Shown piece after piece: positions 40,680-55,508 of a stretch of 64,000 bases of DNA. Below the pieces are notes generated by a model. It was not told the origin of the DNA and made no database searches. It worked only from the letters and a program-made list of their open reading frames with translations. This DNA comes from Chrysomallon squamiferum (Eukaryota; Animalia; Mollusca): positions 15,252,001-15,316,000 of the forward strand of contig CM022676.1 of assembly GCA_012295275.1 (NCBI GenBank), written 5' to 3'. The position numbers were made by a program, and so were the translations under genes. Position 1 is the stretch's first letter. Every line of letters starts with the position of its first letter.

Positions 40680-42130
40680 ACTGGTTTTCGTTTTGTGATG
40701 AAAATAGTGTGGCCAGTATATCAAATTAACTGTGTTTGTTTGTTGTGCAGTCCAGATAAAAATAGCGTGTCACCGATACACGATACTCACAAAGGTGTAT
40801 TCGGTTGCTTTTTTACGAAGATCAAATTGTTACTGTAGGCTAGAGTAAGAAAAACTGTTCTATGTTACTGCGTGTATGTGTGTATGTGTGTTTGTGTGTT
40901 TGTGCATATGTGTTTGTGTGTATATGTGTATACATATGTATATCTCTGTTGCTGTGTGTCTATGTCAATAGTTATGACTGTAGCTATGGAGAAAAGAGAA
41001 ATAGTCTAAATATATTCTGTTTTATTTTATATTCGGTGATCCACTATTAGGACAATTCCATGTTATCAGGATTCATATATATTTGTGTTTATGTGGGCAC
41101 TTATATACATATATTTCTGTTTCTGTGTATGTATGCCAAAAATTATGACTATACCTATGAAGAAAACAGAAATAGTCTAAACATATTGTACACATAACGA
41201 ACTTATTTTATTTTATTTTGGGTGATCCACTATTATGACAATTTCTTGTTATCAGGATTTAGAAGGGTTTGATCTCATTACAACTGCCCTGATTGCTAGC
41301 GGGGAACTACAGAAACTAGGCCATGTGTAAGAGATTGACAATGTCCAAATATATTTGATCTAACAGAAAAAAAAGACTAGGAATTTATGTGGCTTGATGG
41401 GTAATGAAAAATATGTGCATAAAAAAAGTTACAGAAAAAGGACATGCGAAAAACGAACTAACCTTATTTCAAAACTGTAACAACAAGTTATAATTTAGAC
41501 CTAAAAAAAGTATAAGCAAAAACTATTACATAATTTCATGCTAGTCATCTTACACTTAATCCGCTGACATAAAATAAACAGTATATGGTGAACTACTGTG
41601 ATGATAAAAACATTTCAATTCAAGATCATGTTGCGGATTTCATGTCTTAACTAAACATTTACAAATATTCTTAATGATTTGGAAGTGACCAAAGATTTGC
41701 CATAATTAGTATTTCCCATTATAAATATAATTAACATCACTAGGAAATAGTTCATTATCACACTGTTCAGCTCGCGAGTCGTTAATTTTATTTCTTGAGG
41801 CAACTAATTTTTATTCGATATAGTCTAGGGAACGATCAAAGATGATATTCCTAAGAATTTAGGGTAAAATGTTGAAAGACAAATAAAGATTTTTACCGCA
41901 AAGATGATGAACAGGAATCCCGAAGTCACACAGCTCCTGCAATAGTTTTATTTCTAGAAGTGAAACTTTAAGCTTTACCACTGATGGAACATCTACCTGA
42001 AATATATCACCTTGTGAAAAAAGACACGAAATTGTGTCCTAAAAAAACCTAAAAGTTGACAACTATACAGCTCAGATGAAGAATTTTAGATTGCTAGATA
42101 TATTTCCTATCCAGTCATAATTATTATAAT
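40680..42130 (+). mobile_element. piggyBac-like transposase relic
   Basis: Collinear with the other monomers; 42018-42110 can be read as a decayed KR.EICPKK...KNF....H Cys-rich tail. Confidence 0.55.
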
Positions 42131-42564
42131 CATTTAGCAATATATATTTTCTTTATAAAAGAACAAATAAGATTATAAAAAAATAATTCATTAATTGTTT
42201 GATGCTTACTGCATGTTGATAACAGCTTCAGAATGCGCTTCTGTTGACAAATCACTAATAACATGATTCTCCGATAGTTACAAAGTAATTATTTCTGTGT
42301 TTACTATATTCAAGACACTAAAGATAGATATTTGCTGAAGAATTTATGAAAATAAACCGAATCAGCATAAACGTTCAGAACAAAATATTAGTAAACATAC
42401 GAACATGTGAGTCGTTCACAGAAACAGACACACACAAACACACGTCCGTGCGATCGCATTTAGACACTTTCACACAAGCATCAAAGTATCTGAAGTTTAC
42501 ATAATGACAGACAATTTTGAATAAATAAATAGATAGATGGACAAATAGACAGATAGATAGATAC

Positions 42565-42597
<33 letters not shown>

Positions 42598-44196
42598 TAG
42601 CTAGATCGATAGATAGATCAAGATTAATGGAGGTTCAGGTAGACAGACTACCACAAAGAAAGGTTCTCTTCGCTATTATTGACAATGTGACTTTATTTAT
42701 TTTGTTTTATTTTTATTATTTTTTTTGTTTTGTATTATTATTATTCTTCTGTTTTTTTATCTCATTTGTGTCCTACGTTACAGTTCAGCTCCTATGACAA
42801 AGTTCTTTGAAGCAGGTGTACGGTTACCAAATACTGCGTCAGTCAACGAGCAATGTATATAAGGCTAGGAAGAAGGATCTGAATTAAAGTAGTTGTGTTT
42901 GATGGAGACAGACTGAGGTAGTCAGTTTTATATTAAGAAATGTCGTTCTTTCCAAATTTATGGATTGTTTTACTTTTTATACCTACAGTCATTTCAGGTA
43001 TGTCGTATTATTTTTATATATATTGTTATTAAGAATGAAATCCATAAATTTAATAGTGTACCGACAGTTATATTTGTTTTAATAGTAGAAATCATAGCAA
43101 AGCGCCAATAACAGCTGCTTCTTTAAAACTGTGAATCAGTAAGGCATTGAATTATGAAGATCTTGAATTGAGTAATGGATAATTTTGTATCCATAAAGTT
43201 TGTATGTTAGATGATACTGATAGCACAGGCACAATACTATTCGCTCTCGAATTTTGACTCGAATGTGCATAATTGCCACTATTTTCAAACTGATGTTTTG
43301 GTAATGAGTAGGTAAATTTGGATGAAAATGTTTTATTGGAAAGATAATTTGGTAAGGATTCCATATGAGCTACAATTTCAAATGGAGTTTTTCTATTAAA
43401 CGTATACTTATAAAACCCCGCAATTCCACAACAAAATTGGTTGCATTAGTTTATCAAATAAATTAAGTACACAGTCGATGGAGAAACTGTTCTGATGGTT
43501 TTAAGCTTTCATTGGTTTGTTATTTACCTTTGTTATGTACGTTGTAAGCAAATAGACTTTGTGTTTTTTATGTCTATGTCCTTCTATAGTTATTAGTCAT
43601 ATCAATATTTTATTCATAGCACTAGCACATATAAATAGAAAATTTTCTCCGTTTAAAGAGAATCATTATCTTAGTTTTGTGATTAATATTAAGAGTATGC
43701 TGTAAAGGATCGGAACATTTTGCTAACAGTACTGTAATGTCAGCATATAGTAGAATAAAAGCTTTAAATATACATTACATTTTTTATTGTTGCAATTTAT
43801 TCTGGTACATTTGCCTTACTGTCTATGAGAAACTCCTCAAAATCATGCAGAAAACAAAAGTACCTACAGATTTTCTCCTTGCGTGACGCCGATTTCAGAA
43901 TCAGATAAGAAACCGTTCGCTGTATTTCTTGCATTGGTATCTTAATGGATATTTACTAAAACAGTAAAACATTTCCTATTTATACCAGACCGTATTAACT
44001 TATTCCGTAATCCAGTTCTGGAGTCTCTATCAAAACATATCAAAAGCCTTCTCAAAATCTATAAAAGCAAAATGTACTTTTTTATTTTTATTATTTTATT
44101 TCATTTTATTATTTATTCATTTACTTATTATTATTTCTAATTTAGTTACATTTGTTTATTAAAATAATTAGAGACTATGAAGACAATAAGTGGTGC

Positions 44197-44267
44197 GAAT
44201 AAACCGTTGTACATACCTTGAAAAATTGTTAGTGATTTATTTTTAACGTATGTACAACGGTTTATTC
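44197..44267. repeat. Perfect 20-bp inverted repeat (hairpin)
   Basis: gaataaaccgttgtacatac (44197-44216) and gtatgtacaacggtttattc (44248-44267). Confidence 0.95.
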
Positions 44268-45885
44268 CCGAAACTGGCAGTGAGATTATAACACATCTTA
44301 ACTGGACACGCCAGTTGTTCCATTTCTGGCAGTTTATTGCTCACCCTTACTAATTGGTGTTCTGTCACCTTAATTGATGTACTTTAGTTAAACAGTATTT
44401 TGTCCACAATTTGAAAGCAATTCAGTCATACTTTACACACGAAATTTCCCAGAAAGCATTTCACCGCAAGCTGACAAGTAGGAAGCCGTGTCCCGGGTAC
44501 ACGTGACGCACTCCAATCCCAGCTGGAAGAGCTGTGCTTGTCTTCTGGTAGTATTTCCTCACGCCAGTTTTCCCAATTCTGGAAGCGGATTATAACACCT
44601 CACCGCTTACCTAATGTGGAGACTGCCAGTGTTGGGAACATACAACATACAACACGCAAACCAACTTTAAAATAGTCTGAATTTTACTTAAAATTATAAT
44701 CATACTAAATAACATTAAAGGTTATATATTATTATAGATTAATTTAATTTATTTACAAATGTGTCTTTCTGTTATACAAGATCACGCGCTTAACAAATTA
44801 CAATTTATTTCAAAATATTTTTAAAAAGCTATTTTGCCCCATCCCCGAATATTTCAGTGTACTGGTCACAGCTTTTTTGACGAATCTCGCCAGTATATGA
44901 AATTAAATCTGTAACGTGTCTGTTTTTTATGTAGGTGAGATAAAAATAGTGTGATTGATACACGAGATACACTAAAGTACACCCACTGTTATTATTACAT
45001 CTTACACAGCACCTGCCGTTTTAATAGGTTGGAGCAAGACAGACTATTCTAAGTGACTGTCATACGTTTAAATGTTTTGTGTATATATATGTTTCTTTTC
45101 ATCGTTTCAGATGTGCGTGGGCACATTTCTGTTTATGTGTCTATGTATATTTATGTCTACGTGTGTATGTTTATGTGTGTTTGTCTGTACGTGTAGACAT
45201 ATTTCTTTACTTACAGATTGTCACAACAAGGATGTTGAAACACGAATCCCGTAGTAACATAATGCCTCCATTATTTCTATTAGTAGCTATCGAAGTGTAA
45301 CGAGCGCTTTACCACTGATACGACAACACAGGCCACTGCACATGAAAAACATCACCTTGACAGAAAACAGGTGACACTGTGTTTTTAAAAATTTGAAAAG
45401 TTGACAGCTATATAGTTGGGGTGAAGAATTTCTAGATATATTTCATATCCATTCGTAGTTATAATTATCATTTACCAAGAACCAAAAATCCACTCACAAT
45501 TATATTAATTATTTAGTAAGAGCGCAATAGATTTTCATTGTATCTCTCACGCAAGAGACGATATGATTATTAAAAAAGTAAAATTCATTGAGTATTTACT
45601 AATTTACATGTTGATAACGCATTCAACCAGCGCCCTTGTATTATGGATGGTTGCTTGCTGTAGTCACACGTAATGCTATTCTAAATAATACTACTAATGA
45701 TATTATTCTTTTTATAGGCGATGAATCAATTATTTGTATGTGTTTTGTTTTAGAGAAAGTAAACATATTTATTTCACAAATTCTGAATTCGCTGAAGAAT
45801 TTTTCCAAATTGGCTGAATCGGTACTGATGTTCATAGGAGAATATCCTGTAACTGAACATTCGAATATAAGAATCTTTCACAGAA

Positions 45886-45949
<64 letters not shown>

Positions 45950-47749
45950 ACACACACACACAAACACACACACAGACACAAATACACAGACACACACACA
46001 CGCACACACAGACACACTCACAATCACATTTAGAAACTCTCACACAAGTGTCTATGGATATTTCAGATTTGTGCAGTGTATATAATGGCAAACTATTTTG
46101 AATAAATAATTAGAGACAGATAGGTAGATAAAGATAAACGGACAGACAGGTAGACAGACTACCACAAAGAAAGGTTTTCTTCACTGTTCTTGATAACAAT
46201 ACTTTTTTATTTCATCCGTGTGATACGTTCCACTTCAGCTACTAATAACACACAAGTGTGCGATTATCAGTTAAACTGCGTCAGTCAACGTGTTATGTAC
46301 ATTATGAAACGAATCAGGATCTGAATTAATTTAATTGTGTTTGATGGAGACAGACTGATGTAGTCAGTTTTTAATTAAGTCATGTCTTTCTTTACATGTA
46401 TCTGGATTTATTTATTTGTAATACCTACAGACGTTATATTTATATATGTAGTTATTAAGAGTGAAATACGAATGATGATTATAATGATGATGATAATGAT
46501 GAAGATAATAATAATAATAATAATAGTAATAATAATAATAATAAAATTAATAATAATAACAATAACGCAAACAGAGTAAGTTCTAGATTAAATCTAATGG
46601 TATTCCGACTCTTATATTTGTTTCAAATTAACGAATATTTGCTTCTTTGAATTTATTAATCAAAGATTTTCAGTGTATTGTTGTTTATTTTATTTAAAAC
46701 TGGGAAGCAGCGAGGCTTGGAATTATGAGGATAATAATTGAATAATGACTAAGTCTGTATCGACAAAAACTTCACAGCTGAAATTCTGTGTGCTGGATGG
46801 TACAACTAGCTTAATATTACTGGTTCACGAAGTTTGACATTTTTTTCACAGATGGACATAACTGCCACTATTTTTGGATGGATACCTAGCTAATGAGTAG
46901 GCCAATTTTGATGAAAATGTTTTATTGGTAAGGATTCCAAATTTGTCACTAGGTAGACTACAATATAAAAAACTTCTTTAGGATTTTTGGATTTTAGTAA
47001 TAAAATACACTTAAAATGAAAATGCTGACAACACATAGAGATTAAATAATACAGAAATGCACGAGGCTGAAATACGGTTAAAACCTAAGATTATGAAGTC
47101 ATAAGTTGTATTTATTTATTTTCTTCTTGGGGTTGGGCGGGGGCTGAGTTGGTCATAAAATGGACTTCAGCCATATTTTAGTACATCTTGAACTATTCTT
47201 TGTTCTTTATTCTTGAGATTTTAATAATCTGATCCTGTAGTTGTATCTTTATTACTGATTTATAATTGAACATATTAAATTACTCTGCCACAGCATGAAA
47301 GAAAATTTAAACAGTTACAAAATACAACATAGCTCATACAAATAAGCAGTATCAGTGTGTTTATTTACCCGTAACAAGTAGCACGGCTTCTTTATACTTT
47401 ATATCTGACTTTGATCTCTGTAAAGTGTTACATGTGAACCGGAGAACTGTAACTTGTAAGATATGTGACTTCAGTCTCGTTTTCACGAGCAGACGATTTT
47501 TTTTTTTTTTTCTTAACGAGAAATTACGGTGGAAAACAAACAAACTTCAAACACGTGTTCTCGTTGGGAAAGAGTTCTGTTTTCATTTTTATTATTATAA
47601 TTGTTGTTGTAATTCTGGCAGCAGATGTAAAATTAATTCAAGCAAACATTATTCATTTGAAAATAATTTAACAATAATAACAGTGAAAAGGATTATGATT
47701 ATATGAAGTACCTATACTAATTACTTTATTCTTGCTATAATAATAATAA

Positions 47750-47820
<71 letters not shown>

Positions 47821-48610
47821 AACTTTACGTTTTTATATATATATATATATATAGCTTTACCAACATCTGTATTAACACACATCAGACAACACTGTGTGTA
47901 TTTTAACGTATGTACATCAGACAAACAAACAATGGAAATCATAGGTGAGCTTTTTAAAATGAACGTAAGATAATATTGAAAGTTACACATTATTACATAA
48001 TTTTATTTAATTTGTCATAGTTGTCTTCTTGTTACGCAAGATCGCTCTGTTAAATCATTATAGCTTACCTAGAGATAATTTTAAAATGTTCTTTTTTCCA
48101 AATATTTTTGTAGACTTCTTTTCGTTCGGTGCTCAAACTAGCGTGACCAGCATATTAAATTCACTGTGTTTGTTTGTTATGTAGGTCAGATCAAAATAGT
48201 GTGTCACCGATACACGATACTCACAAAAACATACTCAGGTTTTATTTACGAGGATCAGACTCGTTACTGTATGTTAGAGTAAGACAGGCTGTTCTATGTT
48301 ATTGTGTGTGTATTTATGTATTTATGTGTGCGTGTATATATAATAATGACTTTCACGGTAGGGAAAGCGAAACCTGATGGCAATGATTAGAAATATTATT
48401 TTCTGAAATGTATTACCTGTGTCTCTGTTCACGGTTTCAATTTGCTATGAATATGCTTCACACAATTTTAATATGGAATGCATTTCACCGTTGTGTCGAT
48501 ACATGGTTTTCAGTACTGCATATTAATAAGTGAAGAAGAAAATTAAAATAACTTTCAAATAATCATATTTATCTGATTATCTTTATTCCTGTTTTTTCTT
48601 CATTTTTATA

Positions 48611-48670
<60 letters not shown>

Positions 48671-49100
48671 TTCGTTGTCGTTGTTGTTGTTATTAAACAG
48701 TTGCTATTGATATACTCAAGAATGTTGCGCGCAGACACTGTATTAACAATGAATTGTTCACCTCTTCGTAAATAATACCCGGTATATCTCTGTGTATCTC
48801 GTGCAGCGTGACCTATCTGACCTACATAACAAACAAACACAGACTTGCTGTACTGTTATAGCAGTATCGTTCGAGCACCACTGAATGAACACGGAAGTAC
48901 GTGAAAAACAAAACGAACATTTTAAGTGTATGTTTACGTGTGCTATAGCGATCTCACAAACAAAATAAGAAATAGACAGCTGCAGAGTAATTAACATTAA
49001 TGTTCAATAGTCACATGTATGTATTGAACCATCGAAATCGCAAAAGACGAAAGGGACTGTTTTCCACCGGGAAAACACCGTTGTGTTAATTGTCAAACAC

Positions 49101-49139
<39 letters not shown>

Positions 49140-49374
49140 TACTGTTTTATGTTTTAAGGCATATACAACACAAAAGCAAGCTATATAATCGTAGGAGTGT
49201 TTATTAAAATTAAAATAAAATATTTATTAAGGTAGGTAAGCTAATATTAACGGTTATATATTAATATAGACTAATTTGACATAATCTACACGTTTGTCTT
49301 CTTGTTATGCAAGATCAAGCAGTTAATGAATTACAATTTTTCTTAAAAACAATTTTAAAATATTTGTTGGTCCC

Positions 49375-50790
49375 ATAATATTTCAGTATACTGCTCTCTT
49401 ACTTTTGACGAAACTCGCCAGCATATCAAATTAAATCTGTAAAGTATCTGTTTGTTTGTTATGAAGGTGAGATAAAAATAACGTGTCACTGATACATTTA
49501 CGAGTGTTATTTACGAGGATGAAACCTTAAACAGGATCTACTGTTACTGTAGGTTAGAGCAAGACAGACTATTCTAAGCGTGTGTTTGTATGTGTGTGTG
49601 TGTTTACGTTTTAAGATGTGTGCATCTTTGTACGTGTCTTTGTATACTTGTGTTTATGTGTGTATGTATAAGTATCTATATGTGTATTTGTGTCTGTATT
49701 TCAACATTTATGACTGTACTTACGGTGAAAATGATAAATAGTATAAATGTATTCTTCATACTACGAAATTGTTTGATTTTATTTTGCCTCATCCACCAGT
49801 TGAAGAATTTCCTGGTGTCAGCATTCAGAAGGCTTTCATCTCATTTCAACTACACTTATTGCTAGACGGCTACCCGACAATTTCGCCCTGTGTAAGAGAT
49901 TGACACGTGTCCAAATCTGTTTTATCTTACAGAGATATAAGTGACTTCGTGATTAATCAGAAACATGTGCATGAAGGACCTGCGAAAACCGAACTTACCT
50001 TATTTCAAAATTGTGTGAAATCTTTAGGTTGTACAAATAAACGATGAAATATGGATATAATTCAGACTGGAAACCAAATATAAATAAAATACTGTTACAT
50101 AATTCTTTGTGACTCAAGTTACTTTTATTCCACTCACATAAACGAAGTACTATATGATGAACTGCTGTGATGGAAAAAAAAAAAACAACATTATAATGCA
50201 TGATAAAGATTATGAAGTGGATATGATGAGTTAGCCTACAGACATTCGGAATGATTCGGAAGAGATCAAGGATTTACTGGTATATAATTATTATTTCCGT
50301 ACTTCGTAATTCCTATCATGAATTAGCTTAACCTCTCTAGGAAAGAGTTAAGTATCACATTGTACAACAAACAAGTCATTTACTTCTTTTTTGAGGATGT
50401 TGCCGTTTGAACCAGAATTTATATTTTCCGAAATAGGCAAGAAAATGAAAAAAGATGATAAACTTAAGATTTGATGGTAAAATGTCATATTGTGCTAAAG
50501 ATGGCGAGTGACTAAGAGAGAAGTGAAGACTTTTTTTATTATTTACAGTTTCTTCCCACAAAGATTATGAACAGGAATCCCGAAGTCACACAATAACTGT
50601 TACATTTTTATTAGTAGCAGTCAGTCTGTAACATGGGCCTTACCACTGAAAGAACATCAGATCCATGTACCTGAAAAACATCCCCTTGTCAGAAAACAAA
50701 TGAAAGTGTTATAAAAAGAAAAGAAAAAATTTCAACTATACTGTAGGGATGAAGAATTTCTAGAAGTATTTCATATCCATTCATAATTAC
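49375..50790 (+). mobile_element. piggyBac-like transposase relic
   Basis: Higher-order duplicate of 37725-38740, here with the N-terminal block attached. Confidence 0.6.
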
Positions 50791-52799
50791 AATGATCATT
50801 TAGCAAAATATATTTTCATTATAACTCAGCATATAGGATTATATTAAAACGGATTTCATTGTTTAATGTTTAACGAATCTTCATACCAGCTTTAGAGTGC
50901 GCCTGCATTGAAAAATCACATATAATGTTTACGATCTAATTATTTCTCCATGTACTATATTGAAAACACTAATTCGCTGAAGAAGTTATCGAAATAACTG
51001 AATCAGTGTAGAAGTTCAGAACAAAATATCTTTAACTAAACACCCAAATATACAAATCAATGTTGACAGAATTAGTCACAAACACGCACACATGCGCGCG
51101 CGCACACACACTCTCTCTGCAATCACATTTATACATATAAGTATTCAGTGATATTTTAGCTTGAGTTTCTGAAGTATATGTAACGTCAAACTATTTTGAA
51201 TATACAAATAGACAGAGAGACAGGTAGATAGAGGTAGCTAAAGTAAATAGACAGACCAGAACGAATACTTTTCTTCACTATTCTTAATAACAGTGCGTTT
51301 TATTTCACATGTCATACGATCCATTTTATCTACTAAAAGCTTTGAAACAGGTCTGCGGTCACCAAACAAACTATTCAGGTCGTCGTAAATAACACCCGGA
51401 TACACGTTTGTGTGCGTCGTGTACATAACAAACAACCACTGATTTGTTCTCTTATCTTCATATGCACGTCATGTGAATATCGGCTGAACTCTGTGGTATG
51501 TTTGGAAAACGAAAACGTTATTTTAAAATTATCTTTAGCAATGTTCTGAAAAATAAAAACAGAAAAAGACGAACCTGCAAATATTTAACGTTAATCTACA
51601 GTAGTCATATCTATACTCATCACTGAATCCTTTAAGTACTAAACGAATCTTTCCCTGTAAAATATAACAAAACATTTAAAATATCAATTTTATTCAGTAG
51701 TTAAAGAAACTTCAAAAATGTTTTACACAAGTACACACCCGTATTAACTGTTAGCAGGAACGAACAGTTCAAACATTTTAATGTCTAGAGACAGTTTTAT
51801 GAATTGTGAAATAGTTACATCTAGAATAATCCTACAATGTGCACAGATGGATTCAGTTAGTTTTTCTGTTGTAAAACTATATTTAGTCAACATGTTATGA
51901 ATAAAAAGATAGGAATCAGCATCTAAATTAAAATATTTGCTTTTGACAGAGACAAACTTATCTGTTCCGTTTTTAAGTAAGATTTCTTATTTTTTATCTT
52001 TTTAAAAAAAATTTAATTTGTTATATCTGTAGTCGATAATATCTATTTTAATATAAATTACAAACATTCTCGATTTGCTCATCAAGCAGACAAAATTTTG
52101 CGAACAAATTAGTCTAAATCTAAAGTTTCAATTCCTGAAGGAACAGTAGATGGCACCCGGAATGCATAATAGGCAGACTTGTGTGTGTTGTTGTTTAAAT
52201 AAAGTGCAATCAGCAATGAACGTAATTATTAACGTGAACTGAGACATAAAATATTGAATAGTTCAGTTAACTGTAGAAGAAACAAAAAAAAATGAACAAA
52301 ATCTTTTCTTAAACTGACGCAGTGACTGAGAGAAAATACAACTGAAACAAGATGAAAATCATCGTTCAAGGTTTCGTCGTTCATGGTCTCTGTTTAGTTT
52401 GCTATGAATGCAATTGACAAAATTTTAATAAGGAATGCAGTTTTCTCGTGTCTTGATTAAGAATGTTCAGTCCTGTCTAATAAATACTGAATAATAATAA
52501 GAAGATAACTTCAAATAATTAAATTATTTCTGTTTCCTTTTATATAGTATATTGTCGTTGTTGTTTTTCTCGTTATTTTTGTTCTTGAACAGTTATTATT
52601 ATTTATCTTTTAATAATGTTGAAAAATGTATATATCTTTTTTCTTTCCACACTTAACCGCATACACTGTATTAACAATGAACTGTTCAGATCTTTGCAAA
52701 TAACACCCGTGTACACCCACTGAGTATCTCGAATAGAAATGACACACTATTTTCATCTGACCTATATATTTATATCTTTGTTTCTTTGTACGTATCTCA

Positions 52800-53830
52800 A
52801 CATTTATGACTGAACCTATGGAGAAAAAGGGAAATAGTCAAAATATATTGTGCACACAACGAAATTGTTTTATTTTATTTTGGGTGATCCACTATTAGGA
52901 CAATTGCACCGTATCAGGATTCAGAAGGGTTCGATCTCATTACAACTGCACTTATTGCTAGAGGTATACTCCAGAAAGTAGGCGGTGTGTAAGAGATTGA
53001 CAATGTCGAAATATATTTGACTTTCAGAGAAAAGAGACCAGGGATTACGTGGCTTCATTGGTAATGAGAAATATGTGCATGAAGTACGTTATACAAAAAG
53101 ACATGCGAAAGACGAACTAACCTTATTTCAAAATTCTCTGAAATCTTTAGATTTACAAACACAACCAGTTATAATTTAGACTGGAAACAAAATATTAGTA
53201 AAATATTGTTTCATAATTTTGTGTGACACACGTTACACTTAATCCGCTGACATAAAACAAATAAAATATGGTGGACTGCTGTGATGATAAAAACATTTCA
53301 ATACAAGACCAAGATCATGATGCGGATCTGATGTCTTAACTTAACATTTACAAACATTCAAAATGATTCGCAAGTGACCAAGGATTTGCCAGGAAATAAT
53401 TATTATTTCCGTAGCTTCGTAATTCCCATTACAAAAATAAACTTAACATCACTAGGAAATAGTTCATTATCACACTGTTCCGCTCACAGTCGTTAATTTT
53501 ATTTCTGGAGGAAACTGATTTTTCTTCGATATAGTCTAGGGAACGATCAAAGATGATATTCCTAAGAATTTTGGGTACAATGTTGAAAGACAAAAACAGA
53601 TTTTTACCACGAAGATGATGAAGAGGAATCCCGAAGTCACACAGCTCCTGCAATAGTTTTATTTGTAGCAGTGAAACCATAAATTTGACCACTGATGGAA
53701 CATCTACCTGAAATATATCACCTTGTGAAAAAAGATACGAAATTGTGTCTTTAAAAAACTCAGACTTGACAACTATACAGTTCAGATGAAGACTTATAGA
53801 TTTCTATATATATTTCATATCCATTCATAA
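52800..53830 (+). mobile_element. piggyBac-like transposase relic
   Basis: RLTM.EIYLTFR (~53000), AAA TAT G(T)GC ATG AAG = KYGMK with a +1 frameshift (53069), QPVI..TGN (~53165), LRILGTML (~53562). Confidence 0.6.
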
Positions 53831-55441
53831 TTATTATAATCATTTAGCAATATATATTTTCTTTATAACAGAACAAATAGGATTATACAAAAATTAATTA
53901 ATTTATTGTTTGATGCTTACTGCATGTTGATGACAGCTTCAGAATGCGCCTCTGTTGACAAATCGCTAATAACATGATTCTCCGACAGTTACAAAGTAAT
54001 TATTTCTCTTTTTACTATATTCAAGACACTGAAGAATTTATGAAAATAATCTCAATCAGCATAAAAGTTCAGAACTGAATTTCTGTAAACACACGAACAT
54101 GAGAATCGTTGTTCACTGAATCAGACACACACACAAAGACACATGCACATCCGTGCGATCGAATGTAGACACTTTCACACAAGTATCAAAGTATGTGAAG
54201 TATACATAATGATGAACAATTTTGAATAACTAAATACACATAGATCGATACATAGATAGATAGACAGACAAACATACAGACAGATAGATAGATCACGATA
54301 TAGATCAAGATTAATAGAGAGCCCGGTAGACAGACTACCACAAAGAAAGGTTTTCTACGCTATTCTTGACACTATTACTTTTTTATTTTTTATTTATTTA
54401 TTTATTTTTTTTAATTTTTATTATTATTTTTTTTTTTATCTCATCTGTGTCATACGTTACATTTCAGCTCCTAACACAAAGTTCTTTAAAACAGGTGAAC
54501 GGTTACCAAAGAAACTGCGTCAGTCAACGTGCAATGTATATAAGGCTAGGAACGAGGATCTGAATTAAAGTAGTTGTGTTGATGGAGACAAACTGATGTA
54601 GTCAGTTTTTTTGCTCAGAAATGTCGTTCTTTCCAAATTTATGGATTGTTTTACTTTTTATACCTACAGTCAATTCAGGTATGTCATATTATTTTATGTA
54701 AATAGTTATTCAGAATGAAATAAATAATAGTAGTAATAATAATAATAATAATAATAATAATACGCACACAGAGTAACTTCTAGATTAAATCTAATAGTGT
54801 ACCGACTATTACCTTTCTTTTAATAAAATAAACCATAGCAAAAGGCCAAGAATAGCTGCTACTTTGAATGTATTTTATTTAAAATTGTGAATCAGTAAGG
54901 CATGGAATTATGAAGATCGTGAATTGAATAATGGCTAAGTCTGCATGGACAAACGATTCACAGCAGAAAGTTTGTATGTTAGATGATATTGATAGCACAG
55001 ACACAATACTATTCGCTCTCGAATTTTGACATGTTGACACAAAAATGCACAATTGCCACTATTTTGAGATTGATATTTTGGTAATGAGTAAGTAAATTTT
55101 GATGAAAATATTTTATTGGAAAGATAATTTGGTAAGGATTCCAAATGAGTCACCAGCAGGTAGCAAATACATTTTGGAACATTTTGACCTTTTATTTGAC
55201 CTTAAAATGACCTTAAGTTAAAATTAAAGTTCGAGGTGTTATCTAAAAGACAAGATGTAATATTTGGAGTTTTTAGTAAAATGCAGTTAAAATGGACATG
55301 CTGAACACAAAATGTCCATTTTCACACTTTTAGAAATTAAATGATACAGAAATGGATAACGCTGTAATACAGTTAAAAACTAAGAGTATGAAGTTTTAAT
55401 GTTTAATTTGGGAGATTTTCGGGTATTATTATTATGAGTAA

Positions 55442-55508
<67 letters not shown>

